Notes: generated by a model from the sequence alone, not told the origin. Shown: positions 29,833-40,000, counted from the stretch's first letter. The stretch is 64,000 nucleotides of DNA from Gammaproteobacteria bacterium (GCA_963662545.2 CAXXLL010000002.1:2016001-2080000); one strand, 5' to 3'. Translations and numbers: made by a program.

Positions 29833-30930
29833 ATGAAACTCGGCTACTTCATGATGCCCCTGCATCATATCGACCGCGACTACCATGAGACGCTTAACGA
29901 GGACATGGAGGCCATCATCTATGCCGACGAACTGGGCTACACCGAGGCCTGGGTGGGAGAGCATTACTCGAGTGCCGTGGAGCAGATCACCTCGCCCTTG
30001 ATGTTTCACGCCAATCTCATCAGCCGCACGAAGCAGATCAAACTCGCAACGGGCGTGATCTGCCTGCCGCAGTATCATCCGGCAGTGACGGCAGGGCAGG
30101 CGGCGATGTTCGATCACCTGAGTGACGGTCGCTTCATCATGGGGGTGGGGCCCGGCGGTCTATTGTCGGACTTCGAGCTCTTCGGCGTCATGGATGAGGA
30201 CCGCATGGAAATGATGGAGGAAGCGCTCGATCAGATCCTGGAACTGTGGTCGACCGAGCCGCCCTACAAATTGCACGGCAAGCATTGGACCATCGAGATG
30301 AAGGACTGGACCCACCACGACATCAAACTCGGCTACGTTGCCAAACCGCTGCAGCAACCGCACCCGCCCATCGCGATTTCCGCCATGAGCCCGGCTTCGG
30401 GTTCGCTCAAGTTCGCCGGTCGCCGCGGGTATATCCCCGTGACGGCTAATTTTATCGCTACGTGGTCCGCCAAGACCCACTGGCCCGCCTATTGCGAAGG
30501 GGCAAAGGAAGGCGGTCAAACACCCGATGCCGAAGCCTGGCACGTGGCGCGAAGCATCTTCGTCGCCGATACCGATGAGGAAGCGGCGGCTTTCGTCGCC
30601 GCCGGGGACAGCTCTTACACGTATTACTACGAGTACATTTTCACAATCTTTGATCGCGCGGATTTCAAGGGTCCTTTCGTCGCCAATCAGGACGACGATC
30701 CCGCCGAGTTGACTGCGAATAAAGTACGCGATGCCTGTGTGATCTACGGCAGCCCGGAATCGGTCGCAAGAAAACTGCTGGCCTTGCGCGAAGAGATCGG
30801 CCATTTCGGTACCTTGCTCTACGCCGCGCACGATTGGCAGGATAAAGCCGCAATGAAAAAATCGATGCGCTTGATGGCCGAAGAAGTCATCCCCCGCGTC
30901 AATCAGACGCTCGGTGCCAAAGCGGCCTGA
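29833..30930 (+). CDS. LLM-class flavin monooxygenase (LimB/diketocamphane monooxygenase-like group)
   Basis: MKLGYFMMPLH, EAWVGEH, GVGPGGL.SDFE, KPLQQPHPPI. Confidence 0.88.
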   Translation: MKLGYFMMPLHHIDRDYHETLNEDMEAIIYADELGYTEAWVGEHYSSAVEQITSPLMFHANLISRTKQIKLATGVICLPQYHPAVTAGQAAMFDHLSDGRFIMGVGPGGLLSDFELFGVMDEDRMEMMEEALDQILELWSTEPPYKLHGKHWTIEMKDWTHHDIKLGYVAKPLQQPHPPIAISAMSPASGSLKFAGRRGYIPVTANFIATWSAKTHWPAYCEGAKEGGQTPDAEAWHVARSIFVADTDEEAAAFVAAGDSSYTYYYEYIFTIFDRADFKGPFVANQDDDPAELTANKVRDACVIYGSPESVARKLLALREEIGHFGTLLYAAHDWQDKAAMKKSMRLMAEEVIPRVNQTLGAKAA

Positions 30931-31023
30931 ACGAGCGGACGACCCGAACCTCGGTGCGAACGCGCTTGCGCGCCAGCGGCCCGGCGTCGTGCCTGATGCG
31001 CGTCGAGACAGGAGTGAGAACCG

Positions 31024-32037
31024 ATGAGCGATAAGCAATTGAAGTTCGGCCTCTGGTACGACTTCAGGAATCCGCCTCAGTGGCACCGCGACAATACCGA
31101 GCTGTATCACGCTTGTTTCGACCAAATCGTACGCGCCGAGCAAGCCGGCTTCGATGACATCTGGTTATCCGAGCATCATTTCCTCGACGACTGCTATTCA
31201 CCCTCGATGCTCGCCATCGGCTGCGCCATCGCGGCCCTCACGAAGACCATTCGCATTGGCACAAGTGTGCTCCTGTTACCCCTGCACGACCCGGTGCACG
31301 TCGCCGAAGACGCGGCGACGCTCGACGTGATATCGGGCGGCCGCCTCGAACTCGGCCTCGGCGTCGGCTACAAGGTCGAAGAGCTCCGCGCCTGGGGGGT
31401 CGACCCCAAGTCACGCGGACAGCGCATGGAAGAGGGGATCGAGATCATTCAACGGCTGTTTGCCGGTGAACGCTTTAGTTTTCACGGGCAATATCACGAC
31501 TTCGACGACATTCAGCTACGGCCGATGCCGGTGCAGAAAAAACCCAGGCTCTGGATCGCCGGGTTCAGCAAGGTCGCAGTCCGCCGCGCGGCGCGGGTCG
31601 GGGCCGGTTATATCGCGGTGGGGCCGATAGGACCGTTTACGAAAGTCTACCGCGACGAACTGACGAAACAGGGTCGCGATCCGGACGATTACGAAGTTGC
31701 GGCAGGGTATGCCTGGCTGCACGTCGCCCGGGATCCGGAAAAGCGGTGGTCAGAAGCGGTCGATCATCTCGCCTATCAGCAAAACTGTTACGGCGAGTGG
31801 TTCTCGGCCGCGGGTATGGATTTCATCAAACCGGTAACGGCGACGCGTGAATCCATCGAAAGCAACGACTGCTACATCGTAAGCCCCGATAAAGCAGTCG
31901 AGATGATCAAGGAGTACGTCGAAGCCACCGGCTCGAGCCGTTTCTACACCTGGGCGGTACCACCCGGCATGCATCCCAGCTGGACCGATGAACACATCGA
32001 ATTGATGTCCACCGAAGTGATGCCCGAGTTTCGCTAG
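31024..32037 (+). CDS. LLM-class flavin-dependent oxidoreductase
   Basis: YDFRNP, IWLSEHH, PLHDP..VAED.ATLD.ISGGR. Confidence 0.9.
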   Translation: MSDKQLKFGLWYDFRNPPQWHRDNTELYHACFDQIVRAEQAGFDDIWLSEHHFLDDCYSPSMLAIGCAIAALTKTIRIGTSVLLLPLHDPVHVAEDAATLDVISGGRLELGLGVGYKVEELRAWGVDPKSRGQRMEEGIEIIQRLFAGERFSFHGQYHDFDDIQLRPMPVQKKPRLWIAGFSKVAVRRAARVGAGYIAVGPIGPFTKVYRDELTKQGRDPDDYEVAAGYAWLHVARDPEKRWSEAVDHLAYQQNCYGEWFSAAGMDFIKPVTATRESIESNDCYIVSPDKAVEMIKEYVEATGSSRFYTWAVPPGMHPSWTDEHIELMSTEVMPEFR

Positions 32038-32069
32038 GCTCACACTGATTCGAATTGGGAGAATACGGA

Positions 32070-32966
32070 ATGGCCGCCTCACTCGGTCTCATCCAATGGA
32101 CAGAAGGGACGACGGGAGCCGATCTCGTCACCCATGCGCGGCGCCTCGAAGCACTGGGCTATGAGGAATTATGGCTGCCCGAGGTTTTTGGGCGAGAACC
32201 GCTGGCAACCTGCGGCTATCTCCTCGCCAAGACCGATAAGATCAATATTTCGGCCGGTATCGCAAACGTCTACGTTCGCGACGCGGACTGTGCGGCACAA
32301 GCGCGCAATTGCCTGTCGGAATTAACCGGCGGCCGTTTTCGCCTCGGCCTCGGCGTCTCCCACCCGGTGCTGATCGAGCCGCGCGGCCATAGCTGGTCGA
32401 AACCTGTGCCGAAAATGCGGAGCTACTTGGATCGGATCCGCGAGGCACCGATCGAAAGTCCTAAAGCCGCACATCCCGCCCCGATCATCGTCGCCGGGCA
32501 CGGCAAGGGATTGATCAAGGTGGCGAGCGATCACGCAGACGGCTCGTTTCTGTTCTTGCAACCGGTCGAGGCCATTCGCATGGCGCGCGAAATCCTGGGG
32601 CCTGACAAAGAGCTCCACGCGGCGGTTCGTTGCGTACTGGATCCCGATCCGGTCAGCGCCCGCGACCTTGCGCGGCGGGCCTGCGCGTTCTACATTTCCC
32701 TGCCGGCCTACCAGGCACGGTGGGGCGAACTCGGTTACGACGACAGCGAGTGGGCGGACGGCGGCAGCGACCGTCTGATCGACGCTATCTGCGCCTGGGG
32801 CGACGCGCAGGGACTGAAACAGAAACTCACTCAGTTCGAGGAGGCCGGCGCAACCCACATCGTGCTTTATCCATGCAATCCGGATGAGGCCTATCGACCG
32901 GACAGCGCCGTTTCTAAGCACTGGCACTGGCCCTTGCTGGAAGCGCTGGCGCCGGCCCACGCCTGA
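32070..32966 (+). CDS. LLM-class oxidoreductase, probable F420-dependent (MSMEG_4141-like)
   Basis: LWLPE, GIANVY.RD, LGLGVSH, KP..KMR.YLD, GGSDRLIDA..WG. Confidence 0.85.
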   Translation: MAASLGLIQWTEGTTGADLVTHARRLEALGYEELWLPEVFGREPLATCGYLLAKTDKINISAGIANVYVRDADCAAQARNCLSELTGGRFRLGLGVSHPVLIEPRGHSWSKPVPKMRSYLDRIREAPIESPKAAHPAPIIVAGHGKGLIKVASDHADGSFLFLQPVEAIRMAREILGPDKELHAAVRCVLDPDPVSARDLARRACAFYISLPAYQARWGELGYDDSEWADGGSDRLIDAICAWGDAQGLKQKLTQFEEAGATHIVLYPCNPDEAYRPDSAVSKHWHWPLLEALAPAHA

Positions 32967-32992
32967 TGGCGCTTGCCCCCTTAAGAGGAACC

Positions 32993-33760
32993 ATGGGACG
33001 TCTTCAAGACAAGGTATGCATCATCACCGGGGCCGCTGGCGGCCAGGGCCAGGTGGCCGTCGATTTGTTTGCCCGAGAAGGCGCCAAAGTGGTCGCGGCC
33101 GATCTGCAGGAGGGCGGTGCAGATGTCATGCAGCCCTTAGTTGAAGCCCATCCCGAACGGATCACCTACGTTCATGCCGACGTCACGGTCGAATCCGATC
33201 TCGATCGCTTAGTCGATACCACTGTCGAGCGCTTCGGGCGCATCGACGTCCTGTTCAACAATCACGGCGTAATGGTCGGCAGCCCGTTTCTCGAAACGAC
33301 GACCGAAGAACTCGACACCGTTCTCAACGTCAATGTGCGCGCCTCGTTTCTATTAAGCCAGCGGGTTGCGCGCCGAATGGTGTCCCAGGGCGGCGGCGGA
33401 TCCATCATTCACAACAGTTCCGTCGGCGGCCTGGTCGGTTTTCCGGACATGGCGGCCTACGGCGCATCGAAAGCCGGCATCGCTCAACTGGCCCGCTCGA
33501 TGGCTAACGACCTCAAGGCCTACGGCATTCGCGTAAACGCCGTGGCGCCCGGCGGCATCGACACGCCGATGCCGCACAAATACCTCGAGAAATTCGATAA
33601 CCGCGACGAGATTTGGGCAGCGATGGAACAGGCCCATCTGACCGGTCGCCTGGGCCGGCCCGAGGAAGTTATATGGCTGGTGATATTTCTGGCTTCCGAC
33701 GAAGCGTCTTTCATGACCGGCGCGGTGATCCCGGTGGACGGCGGCTACACGGCCATCTGA
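32993..33760 (+). CDS. Classical SDR oxidoreductase
   Basis: TGAAGGQG, NN.G, SS, YGASK, NAVAPG, FLASD...FMTG..IPVDGG. Confidence 0.93.
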   Translation: MGRLQDKVCIITGAAGGQGQVAVDLFAREGAKVVAADLQEGGADVMQPLVEAHPERITYVHADVTVESDLDRLVDTTVERFGRIDVLFNNHGVMVGSPFLETTTEELDTVLNVNVRASFLLSQRVARRMVSQGGGGSIIHNSSVGGLVGFPDMAAYGASKAGIAQLARSMANDLKAYGIRVNAVAPGGIDTPMPHKYLEKFDNRDEIWAAMEQAHLTGRLGRPEEVIWLVIFLASDEASFMTGAVIPVDGGYTAI

Positions 33761-33785
33761 ATGCTTACCCACCGGTGAAGAACCC

Positions 33786-34712
33786 GTGAGCTCAAAGACG
33801 ATGATCATGCCCGATAAAAGCCTCGGGGTTTTTCTTTACCCCGACAATTTTTCGGCGTCCGAACTCAGCGAGTTCGCGCGCCGCGTTGAAAAACTCGGTT
33901 ACGCCGCGATTTGGTACCCGGAAGTCTTCTACTACGAAAGCTTCACGCTCGGGGAGTATCTCCTGAGCCAGACCGAACGGATCACCATCGCCAGCGGCAT
34001 TGCGAATATCTACGCCCGCGATCCGATGGCCACTTTGCAATGCAGCCGCGGCCTGCAGGCCTTTTACCCCGATCGCTACATCACGGGCCTAGGTGTATCG
34101 CACGAATCTATTGTCAACGAGGGCCGTGGGCATAAATACGGGAAACCGCTGACGACGATGCGAACGTATCTGGATGATATGGATGCCTGCCGTGTAAAGA
34201 TGATCGGAGAAGATACGCCGCTCGTGCTCGCGGCACTGGGCCCGAAGATGATCGAACTCGCCGGAGCGCGCAGTGACGGCGCTCATCCCTTCAATTCTCC
34301 ACCCGAACGTACGCATTGGGCGCGCGGAATCATCGGCCCGGACAAGTGGATTTGTACAGCTCAGCACGTCTGCCTGACGACCGATCCCGATGCAGCGCGG
34401 GCGGCCGCCCGACGCGCGCTCGAGTTTTACTTCGTAACGCCCAATCACTACCGCAACTGGCTTCGCGGCGGGTATGACGAAAGCGATCTCGAGAATGGCG
34501 GCAGCGACCGCTTGATCGACGCCCTCGTGGCCTGGGGCACGGAAGATCAAATCCGTGATCGCATTCAACAGCAATTCGATGCCGGCGCGACGCAGGTGAT
34601 CCTGAACACGATTCACCCGGGCGGCCCGGCCGATTCGAAAACGGACGTCGGCGGCTACAACTTTCAGTCAGCTCCGCATTGGGAAGCTTATGAGCTGCTG
34701 CAACCCGGCTGA
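33786..34712 (+). CDS. LLM-class oxidoreductase, probable F420-dependent (MSMEG_4141-like)
   Basis: IWYPE, GIANIYARD, GLGVSH, LAALGPKM, GAHP, GGSDRLIDALVAWG. Confidence 0.87.
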   Translation: MSSKTMIMPDKSLGVFLYPDNFSASELSEFARRVEKLGYAAIWYPEVFYYESFTLGEYLLSQTERITIASGIANIYARDPMATLQCSRGLQAFYPDRYITGLGVSHESIVNEGRGHKYGKPLTTMRTYLDDMDACRVKMIGEDTPLVLAALGPKMIELAGARSDGAHPFNSPPERTHWARGIIGPDKWICTAQHVCLTTDPDAARAAARRALEFYFVTPNHYRNWLRGGYDESDLENGGSDRLIDALVAWGTEDQIRDRIQQQFDAGATQVILNTIHPGGPADSKTDVGGYNFQSAPHWEAYELLQPG

Positions 34713-34867
34713 GGTCCTGCTGAAACAGCAAGTCCCGCCGATCGGTTCAAGGGCGCCCGAGAGGTCTTCCTATGCGGCCCTCGGCTCGATTCGCACCCAA
34801 CTTCATCGTAATATCATTCCGCTTCGGCCCCGTTCCACGATATGAATTCAAAACAAGGGAATGCCCA

Positions 34868-35632
34868 ATGCAATACTCCACTGTTAAGGAACTGATCGAC
34901 TGTGACGGCTTGCGCATCGTCCTGGTACAGGGTGTACCCAGTCCCTGGGGGATGGCGGCCAAGGCCATGATCGAGCACAAGGGCCTGGACTACGCAGCGG
35001 CGCCATTGATAGGGGGTGACACGAACGACGACATCGTTGCGTGGAGCGGTGTCAATAGCGGCCCCGTCGTGGCGTGGAACGACGAGGCCCCCATCAACCG
35101 CTGGAACGACATCCTGTTTCTGCTGGAGCGCCTCGCACCCCAGAAGCCGTTACTCCCTGACGAACCCGCCAAGCGCGTTCGCGCCATCGGCTTGTCGCAT
35201 GAAATTTGCGGTGAGCTCGGGCTTGGCTGGAACCGCCGCCTGAGTCTGTTCAAACCGGCCATGCAAACGAGCGAACCACCCAAAGGCATGGTGCGAATGA
35301 GCGGTAAATATGGCTATAACGAAGCCGACGTCGCGGCTGCCGAGCAGCGCCAGATCGCATCCCTGAACATGCTGACCGCCGAACTCAAGGCGCAGAGCGG
35401 GAAAGGCAGCGATTATTTCGTCGGTAATTCAGTGACTGCGGTCGATTTCTACTGGGCGGCGTTCTGCAATATCTTCGACATCCTACCGCTGGACAAATGT
35501 CCGATCGCCGAGCCGTTTCGACCGATGTTTCAAAATATAGACCCAGGCGTAAGAGCCGCCCTCGATCCGGTCCTACTGGCGCACCGCGACCGTATCATGG
35601 AAGCCCATTTCAAAATACCAATGGAATTCTGA
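34868..35632 (+). CDS. Glutathione S-transferase-like protein
   Basis: SPWG..AK N-terminal motif, I...LE, YFVG..VTAVDFYWA C-terminal GST motif. Confidence 0.7.
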   Translation: MQYSTVKELIDCDGLRIVLVQGVPSPWGMAAKAMIEHKGLDYAAAPLIGGDTNDDIVAWSGVNSGPVVAWNDEAPINRWNDILFLLERLAPQKPLLPDEPAKRVRAIGLSHEICGELGLGWNRRLSLFKPAMQTSEPPKGMVRMSGKYGYNEADVAAAEQRQIASLNMLTAELKAQSGKGSDYFVGNSVTAVDFYWAAFCNIFDILPLDKCPIAEPFRPMFQNIDPGVRAALDPVLLAHRDRIMEAHFKIPMEF

Positions 35633-35665
35633 CAACGCTTTGTCCACCATCGCAAGAGTCTCCAA

Positions 35666-36604
35666 GTGAGCATCCGCATCGGCTTCGGCCTCATCAATTA
35701 TCCGTTCGAGGATGGATTCGGCTTCTTCCGATGGGTCGAATTGCTGGAACGGAGCGGGGTCGATTCGGTATGGCAATCGGATCGATTGATCTCGACCGAT
35801 AACTACCTCGAGTCGCTGAGCGCATTGGCGTCGCTTGCGGGATGCACCGAACGCATCAAGTTCGGCATGAACGCAATCGTGGCGCCGCTGCGTGACCCGC
35901 TGGTGCTCGCCAAACAGTGCGCGACGATCGATTTTCTCAGCAACGGCAGGCTGCTGCCGATGTTCGGTGTCGGCTACCCCAAGGCCGTTGAATGGGCCGC
36001 GACGGGACGCAGTTCTGATCATCGGGGCTCACGGGCCAACGAGATGTTCGAATTGCTCGCGCGGCTGTGGAGCGAGGAATCGGTGAACTTCGAGGGGAAG
36101 TTCTTCAATTACAACAATGCCACCATCGCGCCGCGGCCCATACAGCAACCCATGCCTTTATGGATTGGCGGCACGAGTCCGGCGGCGATTCGGCGCACCG
36201 GCCGTCTGGGCAGCGGTTGGATCGGCGGTATCGCGAGCCCGGAAGACGTTCGCGTCGCGATCAAGGGGATCAAGATTGAAGCAGCCAAGGCGGGACGGGT
36301 GATCGACAATGATCATTACGGTGCTTCGCTGGGTTACCGGATCGGCAGCCCGGACGACGATGCGGTTACGAACTCACCCTTCGTCAAGCGCACGGGAATC
36401 GGTGAGAAAGTAGACCTCAACCCCCTGTTCTGCATCGGCAGCACGGGGGAGATGATCGATCGTCTGCGGGAATACGTAGACGCGGGCGCTTCGAAGTTTG
36501 TTCTGTTTCCAATCGCTGCGGGAGAAAAAGACATGATCGACCAGACCCGCCGCGTCATCGAAGAAGTTATGCCCGCCATCGAAGATCGGCCGATTGCGGC
36601 GTAG
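35666..36604 (+). CDS. LLM-class oxidoreductase, probable F420-dependent (MSMEG_3544-like)
   Basis: IRIGFGL, GVDSVWQSDR, RDPLVLAKQ.ATID.LS.GR, PLWIGG, GASKFV. Confidence 0.85.
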   Translation: MSIRIGFGLINYPFEDGFGFFRWVELLERSGVDSVWQSDRLISTDNYLESLSALASLAGCTERIKFGMNAIVAPLRDPLVLAKQCATIDFLSNGRLLPMFGVGYPKAVEWAATGRSSDHRGSRANEMFELLARLWSEESVNFEGKFFNYNNATIAPRPIQQPMPLWIGGTSPAAIRRTGRLGSGWIGGIASPEDVRVAIKGIKIEAAKAGRVIDNDHYGASLGYRIGSPDDDAVTNSPFVKRTGIGEKVDLNPLFCIGSTGEMIDRLREYVDAGASKFVLFPIAAGEKDMIDQTRRVIEEVMPAIEDRPIAA

Positions 36605-36759
36605 CATCGCCGTTCTCGCGAACCGGCGACGCCGCTCCGTCATGCGGCTCCCGTACCGCAACGCCGTTGCCTTCACCCGGGGAAACGCCGGACGGGTGCG
36701 GGTTTAAGATACCCCTTAGCCGTATCCGCGACGCCCGCTTGGGCGCCATTGGATCACAC

Positions 36760-37020
36760 TTAGTGGCGGGGGCGGTCGTTACGCGGTCGCGCCTGGTTCA
36801 CCCGCGCGGTGCGGCCTTTGAGCATGGCGCCGTTCAATTCAGTGATCGCAGCTTCACCTTCACTTTGGTTCGGCATGTCAACGAAACCGAATCCTTTCGA
36901 GCGACCGGTATCACGGTCCATTATTATTTTTGCATCGGCGACTTCGCCATGCTGTTCGAATGCTTCGCGCAATTCTTCAACCGTGATTTCATAGGACAGA
37001 TTGCCTACATAGATATCCAT
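36760..37020 (-). CDS. RRM (RNP-1) RNA-binding protein
   Basis: IYVGNL (RNP2), KGFGFVDM (RNP1); GAGG RBS upstream. Confidence 0.95.
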   Translation of the reverse strand: MDIYVGNLSYEITVEELREAFEQHGEVADAKIIMDRDTGRSKGFGFVDMPNQSEGEAAITELNGAMLKGRTARVNQARPRNDRPRH

Positions 37021-37467
37021 ACGTGATTGCCTCTTGGATCGCGCCGTCACTGGTCACCATTGGGCAGCCCGCTTGACGGCAAACGAGCGGGCTACGGAAA
37101 AACAGGAAGGGAATACGGGGCGTGGCCCCCAGCATACATCGGACGCCTGGGTGTATGGCGCTGATGATGAAAGCTTAGTGGAAACCATTTCGCTTGGCGG
37201 CTACTCGAAGACCTGATCGCGGTTTATTTGTTCCGGACGCGGCATGCGCGCGCTTGGAATGAAGACTCATGATAAGCAAGGTTGAATGTCCTGGGATCGA
37301 GTGTTCGGCGAAAGGGAGAGAAAACAGCGATGTGCGATGAAGAAAAAACGGAGTCAGTAAACGGGAAACGTCTGCCGACCGGAACCGAATCCGGCTTTCC
37401 TGGTCGCCCTCTGGCTAATGCTCTTTTATTCCTCGGTTATCGTTTGGCGCCTTGCGCGCCAGATCTA

Positions 37468-37496
37468 ATCATAGACGGCAAAAGTGGTGGCATCAA
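37468..37496 (-). promoter_or_regulatory. Putative sigma70 promoter about 450 nt upstream of the RRM gene
   Basis: Minus strand TTGATG-17 nt-TATGAT. Confidence 0.55.
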
Positions 37497-37610
37497 CATT
37501 TAATTGATCCCCGTTTATTCGCGCTGCAACATCGAAATTCGTCTGCCATTTAGGATCCGCCGCCGACGCCTTCGGGACGACCCGACCGCAGGGCGACACC
37601 TCGGCTCCAA

Positions 37611-38468
37611 TCAGGGTTTTTTGCCCGACGCTATCCAGGTTATACCCTTCAGTCCAAATGTCATTCCGTCGCTCAGTTCCGTAACGCGACCCGTGAACTC
37701 CTGGACGAAATCTTTTCGGTTTTGCTCGTCCATCTCGTTGTAAAGCACCGCGATGGGACCGGCGAGGTCGTAGAGAATTTTCCAGTATTCACCCGCCGTG
37801 TCCGCTTCGAAGGGGGTGATCTCCATGTCTTCCACGGTCGCGCCAATAAAGCCCGCCGCCTCCATCGTCTCAGTGATACGCTTTTCGTCGGCGAACGCGA
37901 ACATTCCCGGCACGTTGGGAGATGGTTGTGGGACTTCGCGGTAATTGCGCAACACTTCGATCGAGAGGCTGATGAAGGGATTTCGATCGGGTTCGGCCCA
38001 GCAGGCCAACGCGAGATGAGCGCCGCTGCGCAGAACTCGGTGTATGCGCGTCAGCACGCCGAGCGGATCCGGCATGAACATCAAGCCCCAACGCATTGTC
38101 GCCGCGTCAAACGTACTGGCTTCGAGCTCCAGCATTTCGCTGTCGATGCAGCGAAACTCGATATTTTCGAGGCGCGCTTCTCGTGCGTGCACACGCGCGT
38201 AAACAAGCATATCCTCGACGAGGTCCGTGCCGAGGACTCTACCGCCCGCGCCGACCCGTCGAGCTGCGCTGATAGCCGGTTCGCCGCTGCCCGAGGCAAG
38301 GTCGAGCACGGCCGCGCCAGGTCGGATGCGGGCTAGTTCAAGCATGCGGGAGGTGACCGGGGCACTGCAACGGGCCAGCAGCTCATGGCGCCGATGCCAA
38401 CCGTCGGCGACGGTCGACCAGGTTTGGTGTTGCTGCTGCTTGAGCTGTTCCGGATTGGGCTGGTTCAT
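37611..38468 (-). CDS. Class I SAM-dependent methyltransferase
   Basis: VLDLASGSGEP, G.DL, FDAA, GLMF.PD, RVLRSG. Confidence 0.9.
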   Translation of the reverse strand: MNQPNPEQLKQQQHQTWSTVADGWHRRHELLARCSAPVTSRMLELARIRPGAAVLDLASGSGEPAISAARRVGAGGRVLGTDLVEDMLVYARVHAREARLENIEFRCIDSEMLELEASTFDAATMRWGLMFMPDPLGVLTRIHRVLRSGAHLALACWAEPDRNPFISLSIEVLRNYREVPQPSPNVPGMFAFADEKRITETMEAAGFIGATVEDMEITPFEADTAGEYWKILYDLAGPIAVLYNEMDEQNRKDFVQEFTGRVTELSDGMTFGLKGITWIASGKKP

Positions 38469-38469
38469 C

Positions 38470-38517
38470 TATAGGGTCCGGTTATGGTCCGTGTATAGGG
38501 TCCGGTTATGGTCCGTG
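38470..38517. repeat. Exact 24-bp tandem duplication
   Basis: TATAGGGTCCGGTTATGGTCCGTG x2, abutting the methyltransferase start codon. Confidence 0.95.
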
Positions 38518-38584
38518 CCGACGCGAAGGCCAGCTTCGCCGAAGTGAACACTCAAGACATGCGTCATTCGTGCGGATCTGATAC

Positions 38585-38959
38585 TTATTCCGTCGCGGGT
38601 TGATAGTGACAATACACCCGGCAGACGAGATTTTCATCGTCGAATACCATGGTCTCAACGGCACGAAGATTCCTGACGCTGGTATACACGAGACTAATAC
38701 TCGAGACGCCCGGCACGGTATAGCCGGGCGTGAACTTCAGATCGGGAAAATTCGCCAATGCATTGGACCAGTATTCTCGCAACGCGGCCTTACCGTCGAC
38801 AGTGGCTTTGCCGCCGGCGAATTCGATCGCGAATGGTGAAGAAAAGACCACATCTTGAGCGTAATGTTCGAGGATCCGATCGAGATCGTGGCTATTCCAG
38901 GCTGCGAACCATGCGGCCGCGAACGCGTCCGCGAATTCCTGAGTCAAGGTTTTCGACAT
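38585..38959 (-). CDS. SnoaL/NTF2-like protein
   Basis: AWNSHDLDRIL.HYA.DV.F.SP, GK.ALR.YW, PDL.F. Confidence 0.88.
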   Translation of the reverse strand: MSKTLTQEFADAFAAAWFAAWNSHDLDRILEHYAQDVVFSSPFAIEFAGGKATVDGKAALREYWSNALANFPDLKFTPGYTVPGVSSISLVYTSVRNLRAVETMVFDDENLVCRVYCHYQPATE

Positions 38960-38966
38960 CCTTACC

Positions 38967-39944
38967 TCACCGTTCCATGACGACCTTGCCATAAATTTCG
39001 CGATTCTCGATCAGATGCATTCCCTGTTTGACGTCTTCGAAAGGCAAGCTACGAAAAATCAGTGGTTCGATAGCGCCCCGCGCCAGTAGATCGTATAGGT
39101 GATTTTGACAGGCCTCTCCCTTGGCCGGATCACGCCCCAGGTACTGTCCCCAGGCGAGGCCCATCACGGACATGTTCTTCAGTAGTATGCGGTTGCATTC
39201 GATTTGCGGGATACGGCCGCTGGTAAAACCGATGATGACGATACGGCCTTCCCAGTTGATGCATCGCTTGATCTGGTCAAAGGCATCGCCACCGACCGGA
39301 TCGATGATGACATCCGCACCGCGCCCGTCGGTCAAGTCCCGTACGCGCTCGACGATGTCTTCCTCACGGTAATTAACGACGTGATCTGCACCCTGGTCCC
39401 GGCAGACGTCGAGTTTCTGTGCCGTTCCTGCCGCCGCGATGACTGCGGCGCCGAGCACCTTACCCAGTTGAATGGCGGCGGTGCCGACGCCGCCAGCACC
39501 GCCGAGCACGAGCAATACTTCACCGGCTTCAATGCGGGCACGGTGAACCAGGGCGAAATAGGCCGTCCCGTAAGTCACGCTCAGCGCCGCTGCCTGGAGG
39601 TCCGACACACGGTCCGGCACCGTCCAGCCGATACTGTTGTCGATGACGAAGTAATCGGCGAGTGTACCGCCGCCGTGGTTGAAGCCGACGACCCGCTCGC
39701 CGACCTTGAACTTGCTTCGAGAGCCGGCCGCTTCGACGATGCCGACGGCCTCGCAGCCCGGCACCGCGGGTAAGGGCGCCCTCTGCTGGTAGAGGCCCTG
39801 GCAGATCAAGAGATCGGGAAAATTGAGTGAAACCGCGGCGGTCCGCACGACGGCTTCATCGGCTTTGGGCACCGGATCCGGACGCTCGGTCCAGTGCAGG
39901 ACTTCTTCGAACCGTCCGTATTGTTCGAACTGCCAGGCTTTCAT
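38967..39944 (-). CDS. NADPH:quinone oxidoreductase (zeta-crystallin/MDR family)
   Basis: LNFPDLL..QG.YQ, PG.E, GGAGGVG, DPVGG, GFTSG, GKVV; start set at MKAWQF. Confidence 0.92.
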   Translation of the reverse strand: MKAWQFEQYGRFEEVLHWTERPDPVPKADEAVVRTAAVSLNFPDLLICQGLYQQRAPLPAVPGCEAVGIVEAAGSRSKFKVGERVVGFNHGGGTLADYFVIDNSIGWTVPDRVSDLQAAALSVTYGTAYFALVHRARIEAGEVLLVLGGAGGVGTAAIQLGKVLGAAVIAAAGTAQKLDVCRDQGADHVVNYREEDIVERVRDLTDGRGADVIIDPVGGDAFDQIKRCINWEGRIVIIGFTSGRIPQIECNRILLKNMSVMGLAWGQYLGRDPAKGEACQNHLYDLLARGAIEPLIFRSLPFEDVKQGMHLIENREIYGKVVMER

Positions 39945-39968
39945 GACGACTGTGAAGGGGCGAGCCGG

Positions 39969-40000
39969 AAAAAGAGAAAGCCATTTAACATGGCTTTCTC
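39969..40000 (-). terminator. Intrinsic-terminator-like hairpin
   Basis: Minus strand GAGAAAGCCAT-GTTAA-ATGGCTTTCTC followed by TTTTT. Confidence 0.6.

Noticed and set aside
37161-37186. CTGATGA...GAAA resembling a hammerhead ribozyme core
   Set aside because: The intervening TGAAAGCTTAGTG forms no stem II, and I could not build stems I and III.
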